Origin: a virus
Length of the DNA: 64,000 nucleotides
Virus record (IMG/VR): IMGVR_UViG_3300009161_006153
Location: 10,950 to 74,949 of that record
Reading direction: 5' to 3' (one strand)
In this document: positions 1 to 9,435 of the stretch, piece by piece
Layout of the letters: each line of letters opens with the position of its first letter
How positions within the stretch are numbered: the stretch's first letter is position 1
Made by a program: the position numbers and the translations under genes
The notes under the pieces: generated by a model
Told to the model about the DNA's origin: nothing
The model's database searches: none
The model's input: the letters and a program-made list of their open reading frames with translations, nothing else

Positions 1-2
1 TT

Positions 3-443
3 TTTAATGAAATTAAAAGATTGAGAAATTTAGACAGCAGGTATAATAAGGTTGTTATTGTTCATCCGTTTTATTTTAATTCTGTATACAGGAGTAAGTA
101 CTTTTTATTCGGAAAAATATTTGACTCCATAGTGAATAAGAAAAAAATCGAGGTAGGAAATCTCAATTTCTACAGAGATATGGTGCACACTAAATTTCTC
201 GTAAAAAAATCCATAGAACTCGATAAAGATTCAATGCTTGGATCTGGTAAACTTTTTAATGTTAGAGATTTTGTTATAGATCTATATGATAGTTTTGGAA
301 TGAACTATGCTGAGTATGTAAAAGAAAATCCTAATTTAATACCCAACGATAAATTAATTAGAGCTGATGTTAACTGGGATTATTCTTACCAAAATTTATT
401 GGAAGATACTATAGAAGATTTAAAAAATAAGATAAATGGTTAA
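3..443 (+). CDS. NAD-dependent sugar epimerase/dehydratase (Gmd-like), C-terminal part only; begins upstream of the window
   Basis: Frame is open from the window start. IEVGNLNFYRDMVH and GSGKLFNVRDFV resemble the C-terminal half of extended SDR epimerases. It sits in a sugar cluster. Confidence 0.55.
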   Translation, partial: FNEIKRLRNLDSRYNKVVIVHPFYFNSVYRSKYFLFGKIFDSIVNKKKIEVGNLNFYRDMVHTKFLVKKSIELDKDSMLGSGKLFNVRDFVIDLYDSFGMNYAEYVKENPNLIPNDKLIRADVNWDYSYQNLLEDTIEDLKNKING

Positions 444-1182
444 AGATATAGTTAAATGGATCAGTGATTATTCAAAGAATAATAATTTAAGACCTCTCGT
501 GGTAGGTATTTCTGGAGGTATAGACTCAGCGTTAGTCTCAACATTATGTGCTATGACTGGGATCGATACTTTAGTTGTGTCTTTACCTATATACCAAAAG
601 GACGATCAATTATTAAGAGCAAGAAATCACGCTAGATGGCTTTCCAAAAAATATGATAATGTTGAATTTATAGAAAAGGATTTATCTGGATTATTTGAAA
701 ATTTTAAATTTATATTTTCAGAAAACGAGATGAATGAATTATCTCTAGCCAATTCAAGATCCAGATTAAGAATGATTACCTTATATCAGATGGCAGGATC
801 TAAAGGGGGAATGGTTATCGGAACGGGCAATAAGATAGAGGATTTCGGGGTAGGGTTTTTTACTAAATACGGGGATGGGGGAGTAGATATTTCACCTATA
901 GGTGATTTAACTAAAACACAGGTTAGAAACCTGTCGTCGGAATTGGGTATAATAGAGGAAATAATATTAGCAGATCCCACTGATGGGCTGTGGGAGGAAG
1001 ATAGAACCGACGAGCAACAGTTAGGAGCTACATACGAAGAACTTGAATGGGCTATGGAATTTTCAGGGAATCCTATAAATCTTAATAAAAGGCAGAGGGA
1101 TGTTTATGAAATATATAGTAAATTCAATAGAATTAACAAGCATAAAATGATCGGGATACCTGTATTTAAAATTATACAATAA
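436..1182 (+). CDS. nadE: NH3-dependent NAD+ synthetase
   Basis: VVGISGGIDS P-loop, ANSRSRLRM, GTGNKIE, GFFTKYGDGG, PTDGLW and TDE motifs. Confidence 0.93.
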   Translation: MVKDIVKWISDYSKNNNLRPLVVGISGGIDSALVSTLCAMTGIDTLVVSLPIYQKDDQLLRARNHARWLSKKYDNVEFIEKDLSGLFENFKFIFSENEMNELSLANSRSRLRMITLYQMAGSKGGMVIGTGNKIEDFGVGFFTKYGDGGVDISPIGDLTKTQVRNLSSELGIIEEIILADPTDGLWEEDRTDEQQLGATYEELEWAMEFSGNPINLNKRQRDVYEIYSKFNRINKHKMIGIPVFKIIQ

Positions 1183-1183
1183 C

Positions 1184-1996
1184 ATGAAAATAGGGATAAT
1201 CACAATAGCTACTGGGAGATACAATCAATACGTTCCCGAATTATTAGAATCTTGCGAATCTTTCTTCCTCCCTGACCACAAAAAAACTTACTTCGTATTT
1301 ACAGATGGAGACATCGAGTCAAGATCTAATGTAGTAAAAATACATCAGGATAAATTAGGATGGCCGTTTGATTCAATGCTAAGATTTCACATGTTTTTAG
1401 AAATAAAAGAGGAGCTTTTAAAAATGGACTATATCTTCTTTATGAACGCAAATAATCAGGTAGTCAGCACAGTGGATGATTCTATACTTCCTGTAGATTC
1501 AGAGTGCGGAATTGTAGCAACAATACATCCGGGCTTTTTCAATAGAGATAAAATTTCATATTCCTATGAGAGAAGACCGGAATCTTCCCTGTGTGTTAAT
1601 TTCGGGTCAGAAAATAATTATTATCAGGGATGTTTTAATGGGGGAAGATCTAAATCTTTTATAGAAATGTCAGAGTTACTAAAATCAAAAATAGATACAG
1701 ATTTATCAAATAAAATAATACCCATCTGGCATGATGAATCTGCACTAAACTGGTATCTTGTAGATAAAGATCCATTGGTTTTAAATCCTAACTATGCATA
1801 TCCAGAACATTTAACCAAAGATCAGATTATAGATAATTTAGCAGAAAGAGGCATAACTATAGATAATGAGATGAGTTCAGAGATTATTAGTATTACTTCG
1901 GATGATCCTCATTCTTTTGTTAGCCAATTTGGTACTGTGAAGATAATGCAAAGAAACAAAAATAAAGACGGAGGTAAACCCTATTTAAGATCATAG
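1184..1996 (+). CDS. Glycosyltransferase family 6 (alpha-1,3-Gal/GalNAc transferase), NXN type
   Basis: IATGRY, YFVFTD, WP..SMLRF, FMNAN (NXN in place of DXD), HPG, YYQG.F.GG and WHDES.LN motifs. Confidence 0.88.
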   Translation: MKIGIITIATGRYNQYVPELLESCESFFLPDHKKTYFVFTDGDIESRSNVVKIHQDKLGWPFDSMLRFHMFLEIKEELLKMDYIFFMNANNQVVSTVDDSILPVDSECGIVATIHPGFFNRDKISYSYERRPESSLCVNFGSENNYYQGCFNGGRSKSFIEMSELLKSKIDTDLSNKIIPIWHDESALNWYLVDKDPLVLNPNYAYPEHLTKDQIIDNLAERGITIDNEMSSEIISITSDDPHSFVSQFGTVKIMQRNKNKDGGKPYLRS

Positions 1997-2014
1997 TGAA
2001 TAAAAATAAAAACA

Positions 2015-2851
2015 ATGAAGGATTTAACAAAAACAACATTCATAATTCCAATAAAAGTAGAGCATTTCGATAGGTACAGAAATGCTAAGACGGTTCTCAG
2101 TTTTCTTAATCACCATTTCAAAACTAATGTATTTATTTACGAATCATCAGATTCGGGTATTAAATTAGATTTTCTGGATGAGCTTAAATCCCTTAATATC
2201 AAGCATTGGCTGGTTGAACCAGAAGAGATGTTCCACAGAACTAAATATCTCAACATAATGCTAGATGAAGTAGAAACACCGGTGGTTGTTAATTATGATA
2301 TTGATGTTATACTAGATCCTGACTTATATCTAGAATGCCAATCTGATATAATTAATGGCGACTCAGATGTTGTTTATCCATACCATTACGGATATGATTT
2401 TCATGGACAGAAAATGGTTTTGGCAAATATAGACTTAGAAGCCTTCAGGGAGTCAGGATTTAAAACAGATTATATAACGGAAAGGCCAAATGTTTTTAAT
2501 AACTTCTATTCTGAATATGGTCATTGTATATTTTTTAACACCGATGTTTATAAAAAATACGGAGGGGAGAATGAATCTTTTATCAGTTATGGCCCGGAAG
2601 ATAAAGAAAGAGGGGAGAGGTTTTTAAAGCTTGATAAAAAGGTTTTTTGGAAAAAATTCAGATCTGTGTATCACTTTGAACATTTTAGAGGTAATGATAG
2701 CTCTCCTGGAAATAATTACTATACAAATAACTGTAAAGTGTACGAGTCAATATCTTCTTTAAATAGAGAGGGGCTTTTGGTGTATTACTCTACCCAAGAG
2801 TATTTAAAAAAATATAAAACGATAGGTAATGAAAATATTAATAACGGGTGA
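2015..2851 (+). CDS. GT-A fold glycosyltransferase with GT7 (beta-1,4-galactosyltransferase-like) C-terminal motif
   Basis: TFIIP N-terminus, NYDID DXD motif, and GGENESFISYGPEDKER resembling the GT7 C-terminal signature. Confidence 0.75.
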   Translation: MKDLTKTTFIIPIKVEHFDRYRNAKTVLSFLNHHFKTNVFIYESSDSGIKLDFLDELKSLNIKHWLVEPEEMFHRTKYLNIMLDEVETPVVVNYDIDVILDPDLYLECQSDIINGDSDVVYPYHYGYDFHGQKMVLANIDLEAFRESGFKTDYITERPNVFNNFYSEYGHCIFFNTDVYKKYGGENESFISYGPEDKERGERFLKLDKKVFWKKFRSVYHFEHFRGNDSSPGNNYYTNNCKVYESISSLNREGLLVYYSTQEYLKKYKTIGNENINNG

Positions 2852-3644
2852 TAAAGGATTTATAGGGGGTAACTTATCCAAAAGATTTATAGATTTAGAT
2901 GATACTGTATATCAGATTGACATAGATGATTTCTACTCCAACAATGATCAATGGACTAATGAGTTAGTATCCACATTAGATGACATTTGTCCCGATGTCA
3001 TTTTTCATGTAGGAGCGTGTTCAGATACCTTGGAGCAAGACGTTAACCACATGATGGAACTAAATTATGAATCAACAAAGATTATAACGGACTGGTCGAA
3101 ATCTAATTTTAAAAAATTAATATACTCATCCTCCGCAGCTAACTATGGCAGTGGTAATTATCCGTCAAATTTATATGGATGGAGTAAATATGCGGCTGAG
3201 GGTTATGTAATATCTAATGGAGGATTAGCACTAAGATATTTTAATGTTTATGGACCGGGTGAATCACATAAAGGTAAAATGAGCTCTGTTGCTTTTCAGG
3301 CATATCTAAAAAAACAGAAAGGGGATATCGTTAAACTCTTTCCTGGTGAGCCTAAAAGAGACTTTGTGTATATCGAGGATGTTATTTCAGCTAACATATT
3401 TGCTTTAGAAAATTATGAAGTTTTAAAATACAATTGGTACGACGTTGGATCTGAATCTGCTAGAACATTTGAGGATGTTTTAGTTAATATGGGGATTTTA
3501 AATTGGACTTATTATTCAGAATCAGATATACCTAAAGGATACCAATTTTACACAAAAAGCTCTAAATGGATGCCAGGTTGGAGTCCGAAATATAATATAG
3601 AAAAAGGGCTAAAAGAATATATCAAAGTACTAAGCAATGAGTAA
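2829..3644 (+). CDS. hldD: ADP-L-glycero-D-manno-heptose 6-epimerase-like
   Basis: TGDKGFIG, FHVGACSDT, YSSSAANYG, YGWSK and LRYFNVYGPGESHKGKMSSV, the last being typical of HldD/RfaD. Confidence 0.82.
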   Translation: MKILITGDKGFIGGNLSKRFIDLDDTVYQIDIDDFYSNNDQWTNELVSTLDDICPDVIFHVGACSDTLEQDVNHMMELNYESTKIITDWSKSNFKKLIYSSSAANYGSGNYPSNLYGWSKYAAEGYVISNGGLALRYFNVYGPGESHKGKMSSVAFQAYLKKQKGDIVKLFPGEPKRDFVYIEDVISANIFALENYEVLKYNWYDVGSESARTFEDVLVNMGILNWTYYSESDIPKGYQFYTKSSKWMPGWSPKYNIEKGLKEYIKVLSNE

Positions 3645-4548
3645 GATATTAGTAACAGGGGGAAGCGGATTGGTAGGTAGTCAATTCAAGGGTAGCCAAT
3701 TTGAAAGGATCTCAACTAAAAACGGGGATTTGAGGGATAGAAAATTTGTATCACGATTAATGCAAAATTCTAATTATGAAGGGGTAATTCACTGCGCAGG
3801 TAAGGTTGGAGGGGTATTAAGTAATTCTCAAAAACCTGCAGAGTTCTACCATGATAACATTATGATCAATACAAATGTTATTGATCAGTCGATGAAAAAT
3901 GGAATAAAGAAACTTGTGTTTTTTTCTTCTACCTGTGTGTTCCCAGATAAAGTTGAATATCCACTAAGTCCAGATAAAATACAGCTAGGACCACCACACC
4001 CTACTAATTATGCCTATGCATATGCTAAAAGAATGGGACAGGTTCAAATACAAGCATATAAACAACAATACGGGGTTGATTATTTCACGGTAATCCCGTG
4101 TAACATATACGGACCTGGAGATTTTTATAATCTGAATGACGGCCACGTGATTCCGTCTCTGATTCATAAAATGTATCTTGCGCATCAAAATAACAGTGAC
4201 TTTGAAGTTTGGGGTAGTGGAAATCCTTTGAGGGAATTCATATTCTCTGAGGATGTTGCTACTATCACAATGAAACTATATGAAGATTATAAAGGGGAGG
4301 ACCCTGTAATAATATCAACATCAACCGAAATATCCATTAAGGATATAGTTTACACCATGTCTAAAATATTTGGATTTAAGGGGAGAATAGTTTTCGATTC
4401 AAGTAAGCCTGATGGACAGTTAAGAAAACCAAGTGATAACTCAGTACTTAAGTCGATGTATCCAGAATATAAGTTCACGGCATTTGAAGAGGGACTTGAA
4501 AAGTCTATCGACTGGTTTATTAAAAATTACCCAAAAATTAGGATATAA
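3637..4548 (+). CDS. fcl: GDP-L-fucose synthase
   Basis: TGGSGLVG, HCAGKVGG, SSTCVFP, YAYAKR, HVIPSLIHK, VWGSGNPLREF and KPDGQLRK motifs. Confidence 0.92.
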   Translation: MSKILVTGGSGLVGSQFKGSQFERISTKNGDLRDRKFVSRLMQNSNYEGVIHCAGKVGGVLSNSQKPAEFYHDNIMINTNVIDQSMKNGIKKLVFFSSTCVFPDKVEYPLSPDKIQLGPPHPTNYAYAYAKRMGQVQIQAYKQQYGVDYFTVIPCNIYGPGDFYNLNDGHVIPSLIHKMYLAHQNNSDFEVWGSGNPLREFIFSEDVATITMKLYEDYKGEDPVIISTSTEISIKDIVYTMSKIFGFKGRIVFDSSKPDGQLRKPSDNSVLKSMYPEYKFTAFEEGLEKSIDWFIKNYPKIRI

Positions 4549-5126
4549 TGGAAAATAATCAAATTTTTAAAAGAGAATATAGCGAAATCTTAGTTCTAGG
4601 TGATGGGGTAACAGAGGTTATCAATCCAAAAAATTTTTTATGGTTCTCAGATACTATAATAGAAACTGGGACATGTTCGGGAGCAGGAATAGATAGATTT
4701 TTAGAAGCTGGATATGGTGACATAAGGAGCGTAGAACTAGACCGGAATTGGTTTGAAATTTCATCTAACAGATTTAGATCTAATCAAATGGTTAAGATAT
4801 TGTTTGGAGATTCTAGAGAAAAAATGAAAGATATGCTTCCAGATAAACCTGCAGTTGTTCTTCTAGATGCACATCCGGCTGGACCTGGAACTGCGGGGCA
4901 TGAAGATTTCATCAAACATCAGAGTTCTGGTACTTTGGATCAGTGCTCATTTCTACAAGAAAAAATAATATACGAGGAGATCTCTATTGTATCTAAAAGC
5001 GATCATAAGCATTTAATAATAGTGGATGATCAACATTCTACAGATCCTAATATAATTAATCTTTTACCCGGATATCAGTTTGAATTGGTTAATAAAAAAT
5101 ACTTAGTTTGCATCCCTAAAAATTAA
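4548..5126 (+). CDS. Class I SAM-dependent methyltransferase-like protein
   Basis: IIETGTCSGAG, SVELD, FGDS and LLDAH motifs. Confidence 0.6.
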   Translation: MENNQIFKREYSEILVLGDGVTEVINPKNFLWFSDTIIETGTCSGAGIDRFLEAGYGDIRSVELDRNWFEISSNRFRSNQMVKILFGDSREKMKDMLPDKPAVVLLDAHPAGPGTAGHEDFIKHQSSGTLDQCSFLQEKIIYEEISIVSKSDHKHLIIVDDQHSTDPNIINLLPGYQFELVNKKYLVCIPKN

Positions 5127-5130
5127 AAAA

Positions 5131-6114
5131 ATGAATAAAAGAGCTCTTATTACTGGGATTAATGGTCAATCTGGAAGTTATTTAGCTGAGTTCCTCCTTA
5201 AAAAAGGATATGATGTATACGGAACAATAAAGAGAAACTCGGTTTCTGAAAATCAAACATCAAGGCTAGACGAGGTTTATGATCAGATAAAAGGTAATTT
5301 AATATACGCAGATCTTTTGGATGTACCATCGCTTATACATGCTTTAAAGATATCAGATCCACACGAGATCTACAATTTAGCAGCTCAGTCGCATGTTAGA
5401 ATCTCTTTTGATCAGCCGGTTTACACCGCACAATCAACAGGTATAGGTGCCCTTAATTTAATAGAGGCGGTGAGAATCCATAATCCTGAAATCAAAATAT
5501 ATCAGGCATCATCATCAGAGATGTTTGGAAATTCTATAGACCCTGATGGGTATCAAAGGGAGACAACCCCGATGAATCCTGTCTCCCCGTATGGGTGTGC
5601 TAAGGTCTTTGCTTATAACATATCTAGGAATTATAGAAATTCATACAATATGTTTATTAGTAACGGGATTCTATTTAACCACGAATCTCCGCGTAGGGGC
5701 GTTAATTTTGTCACTAACAAAGTAGTAAAGGGAGCGGTAGAGATTAAGATGGGATTATCGGATAAGCTCGTTTTAGGCAATTTAAAAGCGTCTAGAGACT
5801 GGGGACACGCCAGAGACTACGTGAAAGCAATGTGGATGATACTTCAACAGGAAAATCCAGGCGATTTTGTTTGCTCCACCGGGATAAGCCACACTGTAGG
5901 GGATTTAGTTGATTATGTTTTTGATAGATTACAATTAGATCAGAGCAAGCACGTAATTACAGATGAAAAATATCTTAGGCCTGAAGAATTGGAGCATTTA
6001 AAAGGGGACTCAAGTTATTTAAGAAAAGTTACAGGATGGGAACCAGAGTACACTTTTGAATCTATGTTAGATGAGATGATTGATTATTGGGTCTTGTATT
6101 ACTCCACTAAGTAG
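5131..6114 (+). CDS. gmd: GDP-mannose 4,6-dehydratase
   Basis: ALITGINGQSGSYLAE, YNLAAQSHV, YQASSSEMFG, SPYGCAK, NGILFNHESPRRG and RDWGHARDYV motifs. Confidence 0.95.
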   Translation: MNKRALITGINGQSGSYLAEFLLKKGYDVYGTIKRNSVSENQTSRLDEVYDQIKGNLIYADLLDVPSLIHALKISDPHEIYNLAAQSHVRISFDQPVYTAQSTGIGALNLIEAVRIHNPEIKIYQASSSEMFGNSIDPDGYQRETTPMNPVSPYGCAKVFAYNISRNYRNSYNMFISNGILFNHESPRRGVNFVTNKVVKGAVEIKMGLSDKLVLGNLKASRDWGHARDYVKAMWMILQQENPGDFVCSTGISHTVGDLVDYVFDRLQLDQSKHVITDEKYLRPEELEHLKGDSSYLRKVTGWEPEYTFESMLDEMIDYWVLYYSTK

Positions 6115-6133
6115 AAAGAATTCATACAAAGTT

Positions 6134-6161
6134 AAAAAGTCCATTTATATGGACTTTTTTT
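6134..6161 (+). terminator. Rho-independent terminator
   Basis: AAAAAGTCCA-tttata-TGGACTTTTTTT hairpin with T run, after gmd. Confidence 0.85.
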
Positions 6162-6164
6162 GTG

Positions 6165-6172
6165 GATATATA
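6165..6172 (+). promoter_or_regulatory. Putative late promoter (GATATATA)
   Basis: One copy of the recurring RATATATA motif, 18 nt upstream of ATG 6191. Confidence 0.7.
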
Positions 6173-6190
6173 CAAGAAAAAGTTTTTACC

Positions 6191-7456
6191 ATGAAAGTTT
6201 TAGATTTCAGATCTTATCATAGATTGAACGAGGATTTATCCGCTTCTACTGGCGCAGTAGACCAAATTTTAAATCTTTTTTTCCAGGCTTACGGAAGTTT
6301 AGTTACAAAAATAGGTGACTATCCAGATGCAGTTAAGGATTTAATGGATATAGCTAAAGAGAAAGACCCAGCTAAAGCTGGACAGCTTTTCTTGAATACC
6401 TTAAATAAGCTTGCCTCTAAGGTTGATGCCAAGTATAAAGAAGCAGCGGATCAAATAGTCTTGGCTGGTAAGAAAATGAAAGAGGCATACGATTCTGCAC
6501 TGCAAACAGAAGAGGGTAAGAAGGATTTAGAAAAAGTGAAAGAGGGGGTATACGATAGAATTATTGGTTATCTCGATTCACTTAAAAAAGTGGCAGCAGA
6601 AGCACCTAAGCCAAAAGAAGATTCTGCGGATACCAATGAAAGCTGGGAATACGAAGAACAGTCACACCTCTTTCTTTTTGAGAAGAACACCTTCTCTGAA
6701 TCAAGAGAGGAGATAATAGCTGACATAACACCTCAGTTAACTTTAGCTAAGGATTTATCTAAAAATCCTGCAACTTCTGGTCTAGGATCTAAATTCAAAA
6801 AAATAGCTTCTGATCTGGAGAATCTTCAGAAAGAACTTTCACAAGAAAATGAGGTTAGCTGGAAGAAAATGAAGCGTAGAGAAAGAAAGGACAGAATAGA
6901 AGAAATAAGGGATCTAGTTAAAACAGCAAAAGATGATCTGATAGCAACTTCACTTGAAGGTGTAAAGTCTCTAGGAATAGATAAAAACGTTTTGTCAAAA
7001 ATTAAAGAAGCCTCTGATCTTGTAACGGATTCTGTAAAATTAATAGATGCTATAGATAAAGAGGAAGCGGTGAAAAACGAAGAAGAGAAGAAAAAAGAGA
7101 AAGAGAAAGAAGAGGCGGATAAGAAAGATAAAGAGGAGGTAGAAGAAACTTTCACTGAAATTAAAAGTGGAAACTCTGAAAAAGAAAACCTGACTAAAAA
7201 AGGTAAAAACAAAGAGGTTATTATGAAAGCTCAGGAAATGATAAATTCACATCTTCCGGAGAAAGAAAGAATAAAGGCAGATGGCCTTTATGGTAATAAC
7301 ACAGAGAAAGCCATTAAAAAAGTAGCAGATATGTACAGTAATCTTGCTCCTGATTTATTAAAGAGCGTAGATGGTAAATCAATGACCCCTGATTTTCAAA
7401 AATTCCTTTCGAAGATGGAGAAAAACAAGGATAAGGTAAAAGAGCTTTTTAAATAA
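6191..7456 (+). CDS. Probable head-packaged protein with C-terminal peptidoglycan-binding (PG_binding_1-like) domain
   Basis: Start moved to 6191 because the ORF-track start overlaps gmd and its terminator. N-terminus MKVLDFRSYHRLNE. C-terminal VIMKAQEMIN...IKADGLYGNNTEKAIK. Confidence 0.6.
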   Translation: MKVLDFRSYHRLNEDLSASTGAVDQILNLFFQAYGSLVTKIGDYPDAVKDLMDIAKEKDPAKAGQLFLNTLNKLASKVDAKYKEAADQIVLAGKKMKEAYDSALQTEEGKKDLEKVKEGVYDRIIGYLDSLKKVAAEAPKPKEDSADTNESWEYEEQSHLFLFEKNTFSESREEIIADITPQLTLAKDLSKNPATSGLGSKFKKIASDLENLQKELSQENEVSWKKMKRRERKDRIEEIRDLVKTAKDDLIATSLEGVKSLGIDKNVLSKIKEASDLVTDSVKLIDAIDKEEAVKNEEEKKKEKEKEEADKKDKEEVEETFTEIKSGNSEKENLTKKGKNKEVIMKAQEMINSHLPEKERIKADGLYGNNTEKAIKKVADMYSNLAPDLLKSVDGKSMTPDFQKFLSKMEKNKDKVKELFK

Positions 7457-7465
7457 TTATACTTA

Positions 7466-9265
7466 ATGCCTGAGAATATACTTAAATTTAATTCCTTCAC
7501 AAACGGCACTTCTATGTTTATGCTGGAAGAAAACGGGGATAAAAATCCTCGGTCGGATGACTCTGCTTTTTCCTCGCAGGGGCATTCTTTATTTTTTACA
7601 GAGGTATTAAATTCATTAGATTCTTTGTTCTCTATAGTGTTAAGCGTGGAGGAAGATGAGGGCAATAAGCAAAAAGAGATACTAAAGTATTCTAATGCTC
7701 TAAAGGGTTTGGCCACTAAGGCTGATGGGACTTTAGAGGGGATTAAAGAAGTGTGGGATACTATCCAAATTTTAGCTTCAAATATGCTTCCCTCCTCGAG
7801 GAAAAAAATAGAAGGAAGTGGGCCTATACTTACGTTAAGAAAAGAGGTAGATGATTTAAAATCCAAAAAAGATGCTGGAGATATTACGGAGGAGGAATTC
7901 AAGGAATTACTTTCAACAGCTAAAAAAGATGCTATCGAAGCGTCAAAGATGGATCCATCCCTTATAAACTTAAATGATTATGCTCAAGCGAGTAAACTTT
8001 TTGATCAATCAATAAGTAAGTTTAAATCTGGAGCTTTTAAGGAGCTAGAGCGTGTGAAAGAAGCTTCTGAGAAAGATAAAGATTTTTATCTATCACAAAT
8101 ATCAGATTCTATACAAGGAATTTTAAGAAAAGAAAGGTCAGTAGAAACAACTAAGGGAAAAGCAGCGAAAAGAAGATCTGAGGAAAAGGAGAAGGCTAGT
8201 GCAGAAGATAAAAAAGGATCTGGAGATATTCAAAGCTTAATAAAAAGCAAAGGCGGGTCTACAGAAAATAATAAACCAGCAGAAACAATCAAGGAAAAAA
8301 GATTGGTAGAGGATTTTGGTGGATTTCTTCAATCTGCAGGTGGATTTTTAACTGGTGTTAAACAAGGATTAAAAGGCGCGGTAGATAAAACAGTATTCGG
8401 TTCTAATCCTAAAGATGAGGTCACTGCTAATACATTAATCTCAGCTGCTGAGTCGCTTAAGTTTTCAGTTATGGCTATTGCAACTGAAATAGATAATGTT
8501 ATCGCTTTTGAGAAGAATCTCACGAATGAACTTGGCAGCGGGACATCGCAAAGGGAGATCTCTGCTAAAGAAGACGCTAAGGCGATGAGTGATTTTTTAA
8601 GGGAAGTGTTTAAGTATGTTTTACCAGAGAATATTAAGACAGAAATAAAGTCACAGCCATTATCGAAGATTAAGAAAAAAATAGACACTTATTCCAAGGA
8701 TTTACAAATTATGGTTCGTCCAGGGGGTCAGCTCGATCAATTTAAGGATAGGGTAATGGGCAAGAAAAGGGAGTCTGTTATTGCAACAGGATTTCTAGAC
8801 GCAGGTCTTAAATTACAAGGGGAAGCAAAGGGAGTTTTGGCAAAGATCACCGATCGTAAATATTTATTAGACAGAACCAAGGAAAGAGAGCCAGGAAATC
8901 TTATAGGTAGCGCGGTAAAAGCTCTAACAGGTAAAAAGGAAGAGGGTCCAAAAGAAACTCTGATTAAAACAAAGAAACCTAAAGATTATCAAACATTTCC
9001 TGATAATCCAACGGCCAAGGATAAAGATAAGATAAAGGAATTCCAGGATAGACTTCAAAAGATGAAATATCTTAGTGGGTCTTTTAAAGGTGGAGAGTAC
9101 GACCAGCAAACTAAAGATGCCTCAAGTAAAGCTATGCCGTACATATCAAGCATTACCGGAAAAACATACGGGAATGCTGGAGATGCATTTAAGTCATTTC
9201 AACAGGATTTCTCCTTTTATAGCGACAATGAAGATGAGATTAGAAAAAATATTGGGGTAAAATAA
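7466..9265 (+). CDS. Helical hypothetical protein with a degenerate C-terminal peptidoglycan-binding-like domain
   Basis: KIKEFQDRLQKMKYL...GGEYDQQTKDA resembles PG_binding_1. N-terminus ILKFNSF. Confidence 0.5.
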   Translation: MPENILKFNSFTNGTSMFMLEENGDKNPRSDDSAFSSQGHSLFFTEVLNSLDSLFSIVLSVEEDEGNKQKEILKYSNALKGLATKADGTLEGIKEVWDTIQILASNMLPSSRKKIEGSGPILTLRKEVDDLKSKKDAGDITEEEFKELLSTAKKDAIEASKMDPSLINLNDYAQASKLFDQSISKFKSGAFKELERVKEASEKDKDFYLSQISDSIQGILRKERSVETTKGKAAKRRSEEKEKASAEDKKGSGDIQSLIKSKGGSTENNKPAETIKEKRLVEDFGGFLQSAGGFLTGVKQGLKGAVDKTVFGSNPKDEVTANTLISAAESLKFSVMAIATEIDNVIAFEKNLTNELGSGTSQREISAKEDAKAMSDFLREVFKYVLPENIKTEIKSQPLSKIKKKIDTYSKDLQIMVRPGGQLDQFKDRVMGKKRESVIATGFLDAGLKLQGEAKGVLAKITDRKYLLDRTKEREPGNLIGSAVKALTGKKEEGPKETLIKTKKPKDYQTFPDNPTAKDKDKIKEFQDRLQKMKYLSGSFKGGEYDQQTKDASSKAMPYISSITGKTYGNAGDAFKSFQQDFSFYSDNEDEIRKNIGVK

Positions 9266-9283
9266 AAAAATATTGGCATTTCT

Positions 9284-9312
9284 GAAACTTTTCTGCTAAA
9301 ACATGCTAAGAT
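9284..9312 (+). promoter_or_regulatory. Putative middle promoter GAAAC-N18-TAAGAT
   Basis: Matches a motif found upstream of about 11 transcription units. Confidence 0.55.
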
Positions 9313-9408
9313 TATTATCTTAAGGGACCCGGGGGTGAAATCTAATTCTATCTAAGACCCCAAACTTTTAATCTTATTCCCCAATACCCCAGTTTTTAAT
9401 TTCTTAGA

Positions 9409-9416
9409 GATATATA
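9409..9416 (+). promoter_or_regulatory. Putative late promoter GATATATA
   Basis: Recurring motif upstream of ATG 9436. Confidence 0.65.
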
Positions 9417-9435
9417 GGTCAAACAATAACAAGTC

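Noticed and set aside
6080-6190. ORF-track N-terminal extensions (6080; also 10004, 25018, 40420, 55904, 56884)
   Set aside because: They overlap upstream genes, terminators or the promoter motifs. Downstream starts (6191, 10028, 25072, 40474, 55964, 56950) fit better.
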